Origin: an uncultured Acidimicrobiales bacterium | GTDB lineage: Bacteria > Actinomycetota > Acidimicrobiia > Acidimicrobiales > UBA10347 | Reading direction: 5' to 3' | Length of the DNA: 64,000 nucleotides | Assembly (NCBI GenBank): GCA_938015575.1 | Contig: CALLPT010000177.1 | Span: 8,182-72,181 of the forward strand | Part shown: positions 9,452 to 17,933 of the stretch, one piece after another | How the letters are laid out: the number at the start of each line of letters is the position of its first letter | How positions within the stretch are numbered: the first letter of the stretch is position 1 | Notes under the pieces: generated by a model | Database searches by the model: none | The model's input: only the letters and a program-made list of their open reading frames with translations | What the model was told of the DNA's origin: nothing | Translations under genes and position numbers: made by a program

Positions 9452-10649
9452 CGCTCACGACGGATTCGGCGCCACGCGAGAGCGGCTCTTCGGACTCGCG
9501 GCTCTCGAGCCAACCCTCGGGCAGATGCACGGGGCGCGGTCCGCCGGTGTGGCTGCGCGGCTGGCGCAGCACATCGGTCGGGAACTCGAGGTCGGGGGGA
9601 ACGGCCGCACAGAGCTCTTCGAGCTCGGCCAACGTCGAGACGCGGGCGAAACGATTCCGCAGCTCGCCGCCGACCGGGAACCCCATCAGGTACCAGAGCG
9701 CATGCTTGCGGAACTGGCGCAGCGAGTCTTCGTCGTCGTACCAATCGACGAGCATGTGCGCATGCTCGAGCATCATGGCGCTCACCGCGGCGAAGTCCGG
9801 GAGCGCCGGGAGAGGCTCGGCGTCGAAGGCCGCGGCGAGGGCCCCGAACAGCCACGGCCGCCCGAGGCATCCGCGGCCGATCACGACACCGTCACATCCG
9901 GTCTCTCGCATCATGGCGAGCGCGTCGGATGGTTCCCAGATGTCGCCGTTGCCGAGCACCGGGATCGAGGTCACGGCCTGCTTGAGTTCAGCGATGGCCT
10001 CCCACCGGGCCGTTCCTGAGTAGAGCTGTTCCGCCGTGCGGGCGTGCAGCGCGATCGCCGAAACACCCTCGTCTTCGGCGATGCGGCCGGTCTCGATGAA
10101 GGTGAGGACATCGTCGTCGACCCCCATGCGGAACTTGATCGTGACCGGAACATCACCCGCAGCCTGGACGGCTTCGTGGACGATGCGACGCAACAACCGA
10201 TGCCGCACCGGAAGCGCCGCTCCGCCACCGTGGCGGGTGACCTTGGGGACCGGACAGCCGAAGTTCATGTCGACATGCTCGACGCCATCTTCGGCAACGA
10301 GGCGCCGGACGGTCTCGCCGATCTCCTCGGGCACCGTGCCGTAGAGCTGGATACTGCGGGGGTACTCGTCGGCGGCGAACTCGGCCAGCTTGAGCGTCTT
10401 GCGGTCGCGCTCAAGCCAGGCCCGCGCCGTGATCATCTGATTGACATAGATGCCGGCGCCGAAGCGGCGACACAACGAGCGGAAGGGCACATCGGTCACC
10501 CCAGCCATTGGCGCCAAGACAACCGGAGGCCAGATGGACAGCTTCTTGAGTTCAAGTGCTCGGAACTCGCCAGGACGTGCGGCAGCGGGCCGAAGGCCGG
10601 CCGGTTCGACGGCCGTCTGTTCCACGGGTGACTCGACGATCGCAGTCAT
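9444..10649 (-). CDS. dus: tRNA-dihydrouridine synthase
   Basis: VLAPMAGVTDVPFRSLCRRFGAG, VEHVDMNFGCPVPKV, AIALHARTAEQLYSG, VLGNGDIW. Overlaps the maf start by 8 nt. Confidence 0.9.
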   Translation of the reverse strand: MTAIVESPVEQTAVEPAGLRPAAARPGEFRALELKKLSIWPPVVLAPMAGVTDVPFRSLCRRFGAGIYVNQMITARAWLERDRKTLKLAEFAADEYPRSIQLYGTVPEEIGETVRRLVAEDGVEHVDMNFGCPVPKVTRHGGGAALPVRHRLLRRIVHEAVQAAGDVPVTIKFRMGVDDDVLTFIETGRIAEDEGVSAIALHARTAEQLYSGTARWEAIAELKQAVTSIPVLGNGDIWEPSDALAMMRETGCDGVVIGRGCLGRPWLFGALAAAFDAEPLPALPDFAAVSAMMLEHAHMLVDWYDDEDSLRQFRKHALWYLMGFPVGGELRNRFARVSTLAELEELCAAVPPDLEFPTDVLRQPRSHTGGPRPVHLPEGWLESRESEEPLSRGAESVVSGG

Positions 10650-10703
10650 GGCTCTAGCTTTGCGCCTCCACAGACGAATCCCACCCCAATAACATCGCCA
10701 TCG

Positions 10704-13157
10704 ATGTCACAAGACTCAGGCGACGACCCGATCCCCGACCTCGTGGAGTCCGGTCCGACCGCGGCGGAACCCATTGACGGCGACGAACCGATCGACGCGG
10801 CCGGCAACACCGACCCTGACGCTGCGCCCATTCGGTTCGGTTTGGCTGCCGAGGGCGTCGTTCCCCTGCTCCTCGCAGCATCATCAATCTTGGCGGTCTT
10901 CAGCGGCCAACGCCCCACCGACAACCCACTCGCGGACTTTGTCCTGACGGCTGGGTTCGGCGCACTCGTTCCGTGGCTCGCCGGCAGTGTTCATCGGAGC
11001 CAGCTCATCGGACTCGCGGCCGTGCTTGCGTTCTTCTTCAGCGGGTTCCAGCTACCCGCGGTCGTGCTTGGTGGTCTCGCCCTCGTCGGCGCGGTGCCAC
11101 TCAATGAACGCGAGCGGTTCGACGCGTCGAGCGCCACGATTCTGCAGACGGTCGTCGGTGGCCTGGTCACCCACGCCGCCTTGCACCTGCCCAACATTCG
11201 CTATGTGGGAACCGCATCCTTGGTGGCCGCCATCTGTGTCGCCCCAATCGTGTTCGGCGGATTCCGAGGGCTGGCTGATGGTCAACGTCGCGACGTCGCA
11301 AAGATCGCGATGTGGATCGCCGGCTTTGCTGCGGTGGCGACGGTGCTGACGGGTATCGCCGCGCTGACCGCTCGAGGCGCGGTCGAGAACGGCATCGAAC
11401 AGGCCGAAGACGGCATCGACGCGCTCGAAGCCGGCGACCAAGAAACTGCGGTCGAGCTGCTCGAAGCCGCCCAGGCAAACTTCGACACCGCCACCGGACG
11501 TCTGGGCGGCGTACTTGCGCTCCCGTCACGGGTCGTGCCCATCGTCGCTCAGCACAGCCGGGCGTTGGAGACCGCGGCGAGCCAGGGCCAAAACCTGGCC
11601 GCAGCTGCGGTGCAGACCGTGACGACAGCCGATGTCGACCAGATCCGAGGCAGCAACGGCGCCATCGACCTCGGCGTCGTCGACGACGTCAACAGCGAGC
11701 TGGCCAACGCCAACCAAGTCCTGCAGAACGCCCAGGCAGCGATCCGGCGCGTCCGGTCACCGTGGCTGATCCCCTTCCTCGATGATCGGCTCGAGTCGGT
11801 CGAAGTCGAGCTTCAAGATGTCGTCGGGGACATCGACCTTGCCAACCACGCCACCGCCGTGATGCCGGCGATCCTTGGAGCCGACGGCACGCGCACCTAT
11901 CTCGTGCTGTTCGTGCAGCCCGCCGAGTCGCGAGAGTTCGGCGGGTTCGTGGGTGCCTACGGCCTCCTCGAAGCGACCGACGGGAAACTGTCGCTGCTCG
12001 AATCGGGCTCGATCGACACCGAATTCGGCACCGGCGAGGCGCTGTTCACGCAAGCGGGGCTCTTTCCCGAGGCCTACTTCGACAAGCGGCCGTACATCTT
12101 CCCTCAGAACCTGACCGGCGTCGCCGACCTACGGACCATCGCCGACGCCGCCAAGGATCTCGCTCCGCAGTGGCGCGAAGACCCTGACTTCACCCTCCAC
12201 GGCGTGATGACGATCGATCCGATCGCGCTCGGCGGGTTCCTCGAGCTCACGGGCCCAATCGCGGTCGCTGGCCGCGATGAACCAATCGACAGTACGAACG
12301 TCGCCGACTTCTTGCTGCGCGAGCAGTACCTCGAGTTCGACGGCGAGGCACGCGATGTACGCCAAGACGCGCTGCGAGATCTGGCGGGAACGGCATTCGC
12401 CGAGCTGCTGTCCATCGAGATACCGGGCCCCGAGCGCCTCGGCGCCATCTTCGGCCCGCTGGCCCGCAGCGACCGGCTGACCTTTACGACCTTCGACGAT
12501 TTCGAAAACGCCTTCCTGAGTCGAGTGCTTCTCGACGCCAACCTGCCGAACGTCAGCGAACAGGTCGAGATGATCGGCTGGTACCACGAGAGCGGGATCG
12601 CTGGAAAGATCGACGCCTACACCGATCGCGACCTTGCCTACGACGTCACCGTCGACCCAGCGACCGGCGAAACTGCGGGCACCCTCCGTGTGACGTATCG
12701 CAACAATGCACCGGCGACAGCCGGAAGTTACGTGCTCGGCCACATCGCCCGTGACGGCCTCGACGGCACACCGCTCACGACTGGCACAAATTTCGTCAAC
12801 GTCGCGCTCTACACCCGCGCTGATGTTGGTGGTGCCACCGTCGACGAGGAGCCACTCAAGCTCGAAGAACCGAAGCCTTCTCTGAGCTACGAGCATCACC
12901 GGTCTGCTATCGAGGTGCCGTTGAGCGCCGAACGAATCATCAAGGTTGAGATTGAGGGTCAGGTCGCGCCAGGCCGATACGACCTGCTCGTTGCGGCCCA
13001 GGCGCTCGCTGTCGTGGGCGACTTCTCGGTGACCGTTCGGCCGACCGAGGGCTGGAATGTCGTCGCTGATGACGTTGCGGCCGACGGTTCGTGGACCGTG
13101 GGCGGACCGCTCGACTTCCACCAGGCGATTTCTGTGCAGTTTGTTGCCGATGAGTGA
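10704..13157 (+). CDS. polytopic membrane protein with DUF4012-type extracytoplasmic domain
   Basis: N-terminal multi-TM region, then YLVLFVQPAESREFGGFVGAYGLLEATDGKLSLLESGSI, which resembles the DUF4012 core motif (YLVLFQN..E.R.tGG..G). Confidence 0.75.
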   Translation: MSQDSGDDPIPDLVESGPTAAEPIDGDEPIDAAGNTDPDAAPIRFGLAAEGVVPLLLAASSILAVFSGQRPTDNPLADFVLTAGFGALVPWLAGSVHRSQLIGLAAVLAFFFSGFQLPAVVLGGLALVGAVPLNERERFDASSATILQTVVGGLVTHAALHLPNIRYVGTASLVAAICVAPIVFGGFRGLADGQRRDVAKIAMWIAGFAAVATVLTGIAALTARGAVENGIEQAEDGIDALEAGDQETAVELLEAAQANFDTATGRLGGVLALPSRVVPIVAQHSRALETAASQGQNLAAAAVQTVTTADVDQIRGSNGAIDLGVVDDVNSELANANQVLQNAQAAIRRVRSPWLIPFLDDRLESVEVELQDVVGDIDLANHATAVMPAILGADGTRTYLVLFVQPAESREFGGFVGAYGLLEATDGKLSLLESGSIDTEFGTGEALFTQAGLFPEAYFDKRPYIFPQNLTGVADLRTIADAAKDLAPQWREDPDFTLHGVMTIDPIALGGFLELTGPIAVAGRDEPIDSTNVADFLLREQYLEFDGEARDVRQDALRDLAGTAFAELLSIEIPGPERLGAIFGPLARSDRLTFTTFDDFENAFLSRVLLDANLPNVSEQVEMIGWYHESGIAGKIDAYTDRDLAYDVTVDPATGETAGTLRVTYRNNAPATAGSYVLGHIARDGLDGTPLTTGTNFVNVALYTRADVGGATVDEEPLKLEEPKPSLSYEHHRSAIEVPLSAERIIKVEIEGQVAPGRYDLLVAAQALAVVGDFSVTVRPTEGWNVVADDVAADGSWTVGGPLDFHQAISVQFVADE

Positions 13158-13171
13158 CGTGTTGCGAGGTC

Positions 13172-13186
13172 GCGACAAATTGTCGC
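13172..13186. promoter_or_regulatory. perfect 7-1-7 palindrome GCGACAA-a-TTGTCGC immediately upstream of the -35 element
   Basis: Read directly. The loop is too short for an RNA hairpin, so it is more likely a dimeric protein-binding site than a terminator for the DUF4012 gene. Confidence 0.35.
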
Positions 13187-13192
13187 AATGAG

Positions 13193-13220
13193 TTGACGTG
13201 TCACCTCATTTGTCTATACT
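13193..13220 (+). promoter_or_regulatory. housekeeping-sigma-like promoter TTGACG - 16 nt - TATACT
   Basis: -35 at 13193-13198 and -10 at 13215-13220. It lies about 70 nt upstream of the LAXTG-protein ATG, which has a GGGAGG Shine-Dalgarno. Confidence 0.55.
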
Positions 13221-13292
13221 GGCCCTCTGCACAGCGCATACGCGCACACCTTTGGAATCGAAGAGCCGAAGGGCTCTCGGGAGGAACCAATA

Positions 13293-13670
13293 ATGATTCG
13301 TAAGATGCTGGCAGCTGCAACTGCAGTCGCCATGATCCTGGTCGGTGTTCTGTCGCTGAACGCCGGCGCTAACAACAACTGCGGTGGGTACTACTTCGGT
13401 GGCGCTGACAACACCTGCGCCGACGCAGTGGCTTACGGTGGCCCGTTCACCAACCACCCTGCAGCTCCGACCGGCCCATACGGCTGGGGTAGCCTCAATG
13501 TTGTCGCTGGCGCTGCTAGCGGTGGCACGGGTGGCGGCGATGCTGGTGCGGCTCTTGCCCACACCGGTAGCGAAAGCACCGTTATCGCTTACGTCGGTAC
13601 CGGCATGATCGCCTTCGGCGCCGTTGCACTCGGCAGCCGTCGCAAGTTCTTCCAAGGTGCGCTCGACTGA
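13293..13670 (+). CDS. small secreted Gly/Ala/Tyr-rich protein with LAHTG (LAXTG, sortase-E-type) cell-wall sorting signal
   Basis: Signal peptide MIRKMLAAATAVAMILVGVLSLNAGA. The C-terminus is LAHTG + hydrophobic VIAYVGTGMIAFGAVALG + SRRK. Strong SD (gggaggaaccaataATG). Confidence 0.75.
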   Translation: MIRKMLAAATAVAMILVGVLSLNAGANNNCGGYYFGGADNTCADAVAYGGPFTNHPAAPTGPYGWGSLNVVAGAASGGTGGGDAGAALAHTGSESTVIAYVGTGMIAFGAVALGSRRKFFQGALD

Positions 13671-13710
13671 GCGTGTGCGCATGACGTAACTCGATTACGT
13701 CGATCTTCAA

Positions 13711-13760
13711 GAAACCCTCGGCGGTGACGACGGTCACCAACGAGGGTTTCTTGCTGTTTT
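13711..13760 (+). terminator. Rho-independent terminator after the LAXTG-protein gene
   Basis: Stem AAACCCTCG...CGAGGGTTT (13712-13720 / 13741-13749) with an inner GGTGAC/GTCACC stem, followed by CTTGCTGTTTT. Confidence 0.7.
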
Positions 13761-13783
13761 GGCCCTGTGTTTTGACAGGTTCC

Positions 13784-13828
13784 AACTCCCTGGTCCGCTT
13801 TCCGAGCGCGCCAGGGAGTTTTCGTTTT
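13784..13828 (+). terminator. second stem-loop with U-run (tandem terminator or structured RNA)
   Basis: AACTCCCTGG (13784-13793) pairs with CCAGGGAGTT (13811-13820), followed by TTCGTTTT. Confidence 0.55.
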
Positions 13829-14151
13829 GGCCTCCGCCTGCACATCGCAGAGCCCGGAGGCAAACGCTGGCAAACCAGGAGCCGGTTTTTTGCCGAGGAG
13901 TCACCCACCGTCGATGACGCCGGGGGAGGCGATTTGTGGCGATGCTTGACAAAAAGCACACCGACAGGCAGGCGCTCCTCGGTAGCTACCCAATCGGCGA
14001 CGCACCCGTGGTTCATGAGCGCCGGTGACGGATGTCACATCCTGCGTAGGTCGTGTTCCCTGAGGATCACGGGCCATTCAAGCCCAATGCGCATCGCTAC
14101 GCTGGGCCCGCATTCGTGCGCCAAGCGGTGGCGTGCTGACAAGGACACCAC

Positions 14152-14421
14152 ATGATCTTCGGTGAGAACCTACTTGCGCTTCTCGTGCTGGCCATCGGCG
14201 GAGCGCTGGCCGTGGGCAACCTGCTCGCCCTGGTGCGACCGAGAGTCCCCCAGCACGGCGACGACGACACCGTGCTTGAACGACCCCCGCTCGGGCGTTC
14301 GCTCGCCATGATCGCGTTTGGCACCATCGCTGCGATTTGGGCAATCGCCAGTCTCGTCACCGCCGACGAGGACCCTGTCGAACAGTCTGCGACCTTCGCA
14401 AGTACCTCGATCGATCACTGA
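14152..14421 (+). CDS. small two-TM membrane protein
   Basis: 89 aa with two hydrophobic helices (LLALLVLAIGGALAVGNLLAL; LAMIAFGTIAAIWAIASLV). AAGGA lies 8 nt upstream of the ATG. Confidence 0.5.
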   Translation: MIFGENLLALLVLAIGGALAVGNLLALVRPRVPQHGDDDTVLERPPLGRSLAMIAFGTIAAIWAIASLVTADEDPVEQSATFASTSIDH

Positions 14422-14520
14422 GCCCGGAAGACTGAGCCCGGATCGCTGAGCCCCGATTACCGTCGATCGGACCCGACCAGATCAGTTCCGTTCGGTTCGG
14501 TCCCGTTCAGTTCAGTTGTT
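14418..14520. repeat. short tandem repeats in the convergent gap (14-nt unit x3, then GTTCN pentamer run)
   Basis: CTGAGCCCGGA occurs at 14418 and 14432, with a variant CTGAGCCCC at 14446 (14-nt period). At 14485-14520 there is AGTTCC GTTCG GTTCG GTCCC GTTCA GTTCA GTTGT, overlapping the dnaB stop. Confidence 0.5.
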
Positions 14521-15885
14521 GCGGGCCATGTTGGCGAAGCGCGTGTAGTGCGGCAGCCAGGCGAGTCGAACCGTACCGATCGGCCCAGCGCGGTGCTTGG
14601 CGATGATGACCTCGGCCTGGCCCATGTCCGCCGAGTCCGGGTTGTAGACATCGTCTCGGTAGAGGAACATCACGACGTCGGCGTCTTGCTCGATCGCGCC
14701 CGACTCACGAAGATCAGCGAGCATCGGCCGCTTATCCGTGCGCTGCTCAAGACCACGAGAAAGCTGCGAGAGCGCGATCACCGGACATTCGAGTTCACGA
14801 GCCAGAATCTTGAGGCCACGGCTGATCTCGGAGACCTCGACCTGGCGGTTCTCTGCAGAACCACGCCCGGTCATGAGCTGGAGGTAGTCGATCACGACCA
14901 GGCCGAGATCACCGACCTTGCTCTTGAGCCGGCGGGCCTTAGCCCGAATGTCCATCACCGTGATGTTCGGATCGTCGTCGATCCACAGCTGGGCATCGCC
15001 AAGGCGACCCATTGCCTGGGCGAGCTTGGTCCAGTCATCGTCTTTGAGCCGGCCATTGCGAATATTGGTCGCGTCGACCTTGGCCTCGGAACACAAGAGT
15101 CGTTTGGACAGCTCGAGCTTGCTCATTTCCAATGAGAACAGCAGAACGGGACGCTGCTCGACCATCGCCGCGTGCGCCACCATGCCGAGCGCGAAGCTGG
15201 TCTTGCCCATGGCAGGACGGGCGCCAACGACGATCAGGTTGCTCGGCTGCAGACCGGCGGTAAGTCGGTCCAGATCGACGAAACCGGTCGGGGTACCCGT
15301 GATTGCATCGCCCCGGTCGTAGAGGGCCTCGATGTCGTCGAGCGTTTCGCCCAGCAGATCGTGCATGTACGCCATCGAGTCCGAGACCCGACCTTGCGCG
15401 ACGTTGAAGACCAGCGTTTCCGCCTCGTCGACTGCTTTGGTGACATCGTCGGGTTGGGCGTAGCCGATCTCGGCGATGTCGTGCGCGGTCGTGATCAACT
15501 TCCGCAGGACCGCATGGTCATAGACGATCCGCGCGTAGTGGGCGGCGTTGGTCGCCGCAGGTGTGCCTGCCGACAAGGCCATCAGCGCGCCGGTACCTGC
15601 GACCGACGCGTCGACGCCGTCGCGAGCAAGCTCGTCGGCGACCGTGACCACATCGACAGCCTCGCCGCGCTCATAGAGCGACCGAATGGCCTCGAAGATC
15701 GACTGGTGTACCGGCTTATAGAAGTTGGCGCCCTCGACGATCTGCGATGCATCGACAATGGCATCGGTCGTGAGCAGCATCGCGCCCAAAAGCGAGGCTT
15801 CGGCTTCGATATTGTGCGGCGGAACGCGGGCGCTCAGCGGCGCGTTCGTCGTCGGCGCATTCGTCGTGTCACTCACAGGTGTCAT
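14512..15885 (-). CDS. dnaB: replicative DNA helicase DnaB
   Basis: PPHNIEAEASLLGAMLL, Walker A GARPAMGKTSFAL, VVIDYLQLM, ALSQLSR, IIAKHRAGPIG. 457 aa with no intein-sized insertion. Confidence 0.97.
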   Translation of the reverse strand: MTPVSDTTNAPTTNAPLSARVPPHNIEAEASLLGAMLLTTDAIVDASQIVEGANFYKPVHQSIFEAIRSLYERGEAVDVVTVADELARDGVDASVAGTGALMALSAGTPAATNAAHYARIVYDHAVLRKLITTAHDIAEIGYAQPDDVTKAVDEAETLVFNVAQGRVSDSMAYMHDLLGETLDDIEALYDRGDAITGTPTGFVDLDRLTAGLQPSNLIVVGARPAMGKTSFALGMVAHAAMVEQRPVLLFSLEMSKLELSKRLLCSEAKVDATNIRNGRLKDDDWTKLAQAMGRLGDAQLWIDDDPNITVMDIRAKARRLKSKVGDLGLVVIDYLQLMTGRGSAENRQVEVSEISRGLKILARELECPVIALSQLSRGLEQRTDKRPMLADLRESGAIEQDADVVMFLYRDDVYNPDSADMGQAEVIIAKHRAGPIGTVRLAWLPHYTRFANMARNN

Positions 15886-15932
15886 CCCCCAATTGCCAGC
15901 ACCTCAGCATGTCGCGTCGTGGCGCGTTCTCC

Positions 15933-16016
15933 AGTGGACAACCCTCGGGAAATTGCTGATATGACGGGGATTTGGGTGTGGGAAACATGGGGACAACTCC
16001 GCACCTCTGTGGGCAA
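15933..16016 (-). promoter_or_regulatory. cluster of DnaA-box-like 9-mers upstream of dnaB
   Basis: On the dnaB-sense strand: TTGCCCACA (16016-16008), TTGTCCCCA (15996-15988), TTGTCCACT (15941-15933), each one mismatch from TTGTCCACA. There is also a 2-mismatch TTTCCCACA (15985-15977). All share one orientation. Confidence 0.45.
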
Positions 16017-16127
16017 CCCATGCCAAGTGTTACCGATCCGGCATGTTGGTGAGCGGACTCCCCCATCTTGACCACCGGGTGTGACAGCCCGGCGCAGCCG
16101 CCATGAACGAAAACGTCAAGACGACCG

Positions 16128-16184
16128 CATCAAAAAACGGCCGCGCCAAAACGACAAGGGCCGCCTCGGGACGAGGCGGCCCTT
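16128..16184 (-). terminator. Rho-independent terminator downstream of rplI
   Basis: On the minus strand, AAGGGCCGCCTCG-tcc-CGAGGCGGCCCTT is followed by GTCGTTTTGGCGCGGCCGTTTTTTGATG. It lies 29 nt after the rplI stop. Confidence 0.7.
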
Positions 16185-16212
16185 GTTCGAATGTAGAGGT
16201 GGTTTGGTTTGG

Positions 16213-16662
16213 CTACGCCTCTTCGGCGATCACCGACACGCTGATGGCCATATTGACATCAGGATGCAGGTTGATGGTCACCGAGTGATCCCCGAGGTCC
16301 TTGATTGGCTCCTCGAGCTGCACAGAGCGACGATCGATCTCGACGCCGGCATGAGCAGCTGCACCGACAATTTCGGTCACGCCAACCGAACCGAAGAGCT
16401 TGCCCTCGTCGCTGGCGCGAGCCGCGATCACCATCGGCACCGAGCCGAGACGGTTGGCGAGCTCTTGGGCAGCCGCACGGCTCTTGGCATCGCGCTGGGC
16501 CTCGACCCGACGCATGGCCTCGGCCTCGCGTTCGACCCCTGGGGTCGCGCGCATGGCGAGACCCTTCGGGATCAGGTAGTTGCGGCCGTAGCCATCGGCG
16601 ACATCAACAATGTCGCCGCGCTTGCCAACGCCATCAACGGCGTTACGAAGTACAACCTTCAT
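16213..16662 (-). CDS. rplI: 50S ribosomal protein L9
   Basis: [36 protein letters not shown]. The ATG shares one nucleotide with the rpsR TGA (TGATGA). Confidence 0.95.
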   Translation of the reverse strand: MKVVLRNAVDGVGKRGDIVDVADGYGRNYLIPKGLAMRATPGVEREAEAMRRVEAQRDAKSRAAAQELANRLGSVPMVIAARASDEGKLFGSVGVTEIVGAAAHAGVEIDRRSVQLEEPIKDLGDHSVTINLHPDVNMAISVSVIAEEA

Positions 16663-17105
16663 CACTCGTCTCCAGCTTCGTCCGTGCCAGCGTCGCCGGC
16701 ATCGACGGTTTCGGCCTCGGTGGCCTCGCCGTCAAGTACGTCTTCGCCATCACCATTCGGTCCTGGCGGCGGGCCGCTCGGACGTGGTGCCGGACCGTCG
16801 GCGCGGTTGCCACGGTCATCACGGCGGTTGCCACCACGCTGCGAAGTCACGCGGTTCGTGTATGGCACGAGTGCCATTTCACGGGCGTTCTTGATCGCAC
16901 GTGCGATCTCACGCTGCTGCTGGGTGTCGTTGCCGGTGACGCGACGAGCGCGGATCTTGGCCCGGTCCGACATGAAGCGGCGGAGAAGGTTGACGTCTTT
17001 GTAATCGACGTACTCGATCTTTTCCTGGGTGAGGACCGAGATCTTCTTCTTGCCACGACGCTGGTTGTCGCGTGGCTTGGGGGAACGATTTGGTTTGCGG
17101 GCCAT
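16662..17105 (-). CDS. rpsR: 30S ribosomal protein S18 with a ~65-aa Pro/Gly/acidic C-terminal extension
   Basis: Start [21 protein letters not shown] at 17105 (ATGA overlap with the ssb stop). The core is [29 protein letters not shown]...[13 protein letters not shown], followed by ...[44 protein letters not shown]. Confidence 0.9.
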   Translation of the reverse strand: MARKPNRSPKPRDNQRRGKKKISVLTQEKIEYVDYKDVNLLRRFMSDRAKIRARRVTGNDTQQQREIARAIKNAREMALVPYTNRVTSQRGGNRRDDRGNRADGPAPRPSGPPPGPNGDGEDVLDGEATEAETVDAGDAGTDEAGDE

Positions 17106-17593
17106 CAGAACGGCTCCTCGTCGTAGTTGTAGTTCGGGGCTGGGGCAGGGGCTGGTGCGGGGTTGCTCTGGACGGGCTGGCTTGCGCCACCACCGCCACC
17201 GAAGCCTCCGCCGCCTCCGCCACCGAAGTTGTCGTCGCGGGGGTTGCGGGTGACCTCGACGGAGGCCCAACGCAGACTTGGTGACACGTCGTCGGCCTTG
17301 ATTTCGACCTTGGAGCGACGTTCACCCTGGGGGGTTTCCCAAGAGCGCTGCTCGAGTTCGCCGCTGACGACGACTCGGGTGCCCTTGGTCAGCGATGCGG
17401 CGACGTTCTCTGCGAGCGTGCCCCAGCAGGAGACGTCGAAGTACGAGACTTCTTCGACCTGTTCGCCGTTGCGCTGGTAGCGCTTGTTCCACGCAACACC
17501 GAAGTTGCAGACTGACGCGCCGTTGGGCGTGTAGCGCAGCTCGGGATCGCGGGTGATGTTGCCAACGATGCTGACGGTATTTCCAAATGCCAT
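17105..17593 (-). CDS. ssb: single-stranded DNA-binding protein
   Basis: OB-fold N-terminus ([19 protein letters not shown]), Gly-rich linker and acidic tip DEEPF. Confidence 0.95.
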   Translation of the reverse strand: MAFGNTVSIVGNITRDPELRYTPNGASVCNFGVAWNKRYQRNGEQVEEVSYFDVSCWGTLAENVAASLTKGTRVVVSGELEQRSWETPQGERRSKVEIKADDVSPSLRWASVEVTRNPRDDNFGGGGGGGFGGGGGASQPVQSNPAPAPAPAPNYNYDEEPF

Positions 17594-17606
17594 GGGGTGC
17601 TTCCTC

Positions 17607-17933
17607 TCAGGATGCGCCGATCAGGCCGCGCTTTTCGGCCTCGCTATCGGGCAGGCGAATGAGCTTGTGGCGAACGACGTCGTCCGCGAGCCGGAGGTTC
17701 CGGTCGAGGTCGCCGATGAACGAACCGTTCTCGGAGACGAGTTCGAGGACGAGGTAGTAACCCTCGGCCTTGTGATTGATCTCGTAGGCAAACTTGCGTC
17801 GGCCCCACCAATCGTTCTTTTCGATCGTGGCGCCGTATTCGGTTGCGGAACCCGCAACTCGGCTCGACGCCTTGGCAGCACTCGAATCATCGAGATCGCC
17901 ATCAAAAATGACCATCAGTTCATACGCTCGCAT
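17607..17933 (-). CDS. rpsF: 30S ribosomal protein S6
   Basis: MRAYELMVIFDGDLDD...WGRRKFAYEINHKAEGYYLVL. Strong SD (AGAGGGAGGTGCTC-ATG). The listed start 18008 adds 25 unlikely residues. Confidence 0.93.
   Translation of the reverse strand: MRAYELMVIFDGDLDDSSAAKASSRVAGSATEYGATIEKNDWWGRRKFAYEINHKAEGYYLVLELVSENGSFIGDLDRNLRLADDVVRHKLIRLPDSEAEKRGLIGAS

Noticed and set aside
12129-13178. 349-aa minus-strand ORF
   Set aside because: It is antisense to the DUF4012 gene, with shadow composition.
13946-13951. TTGACA hexamer in the 13.7-14.15 kb gap
   Set aside because: No acceptable -10 element lies at 16-19 nt spacing, so I did not call a promoter.
17130-17240. Repetitive GGTGG/GGCGG-type sequence
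   Set aside because: It is explained by the Gly-rich and Pro/Ala-rich linker of SSB ([20 protein letters not shown]) and is a coding low-complexity region.
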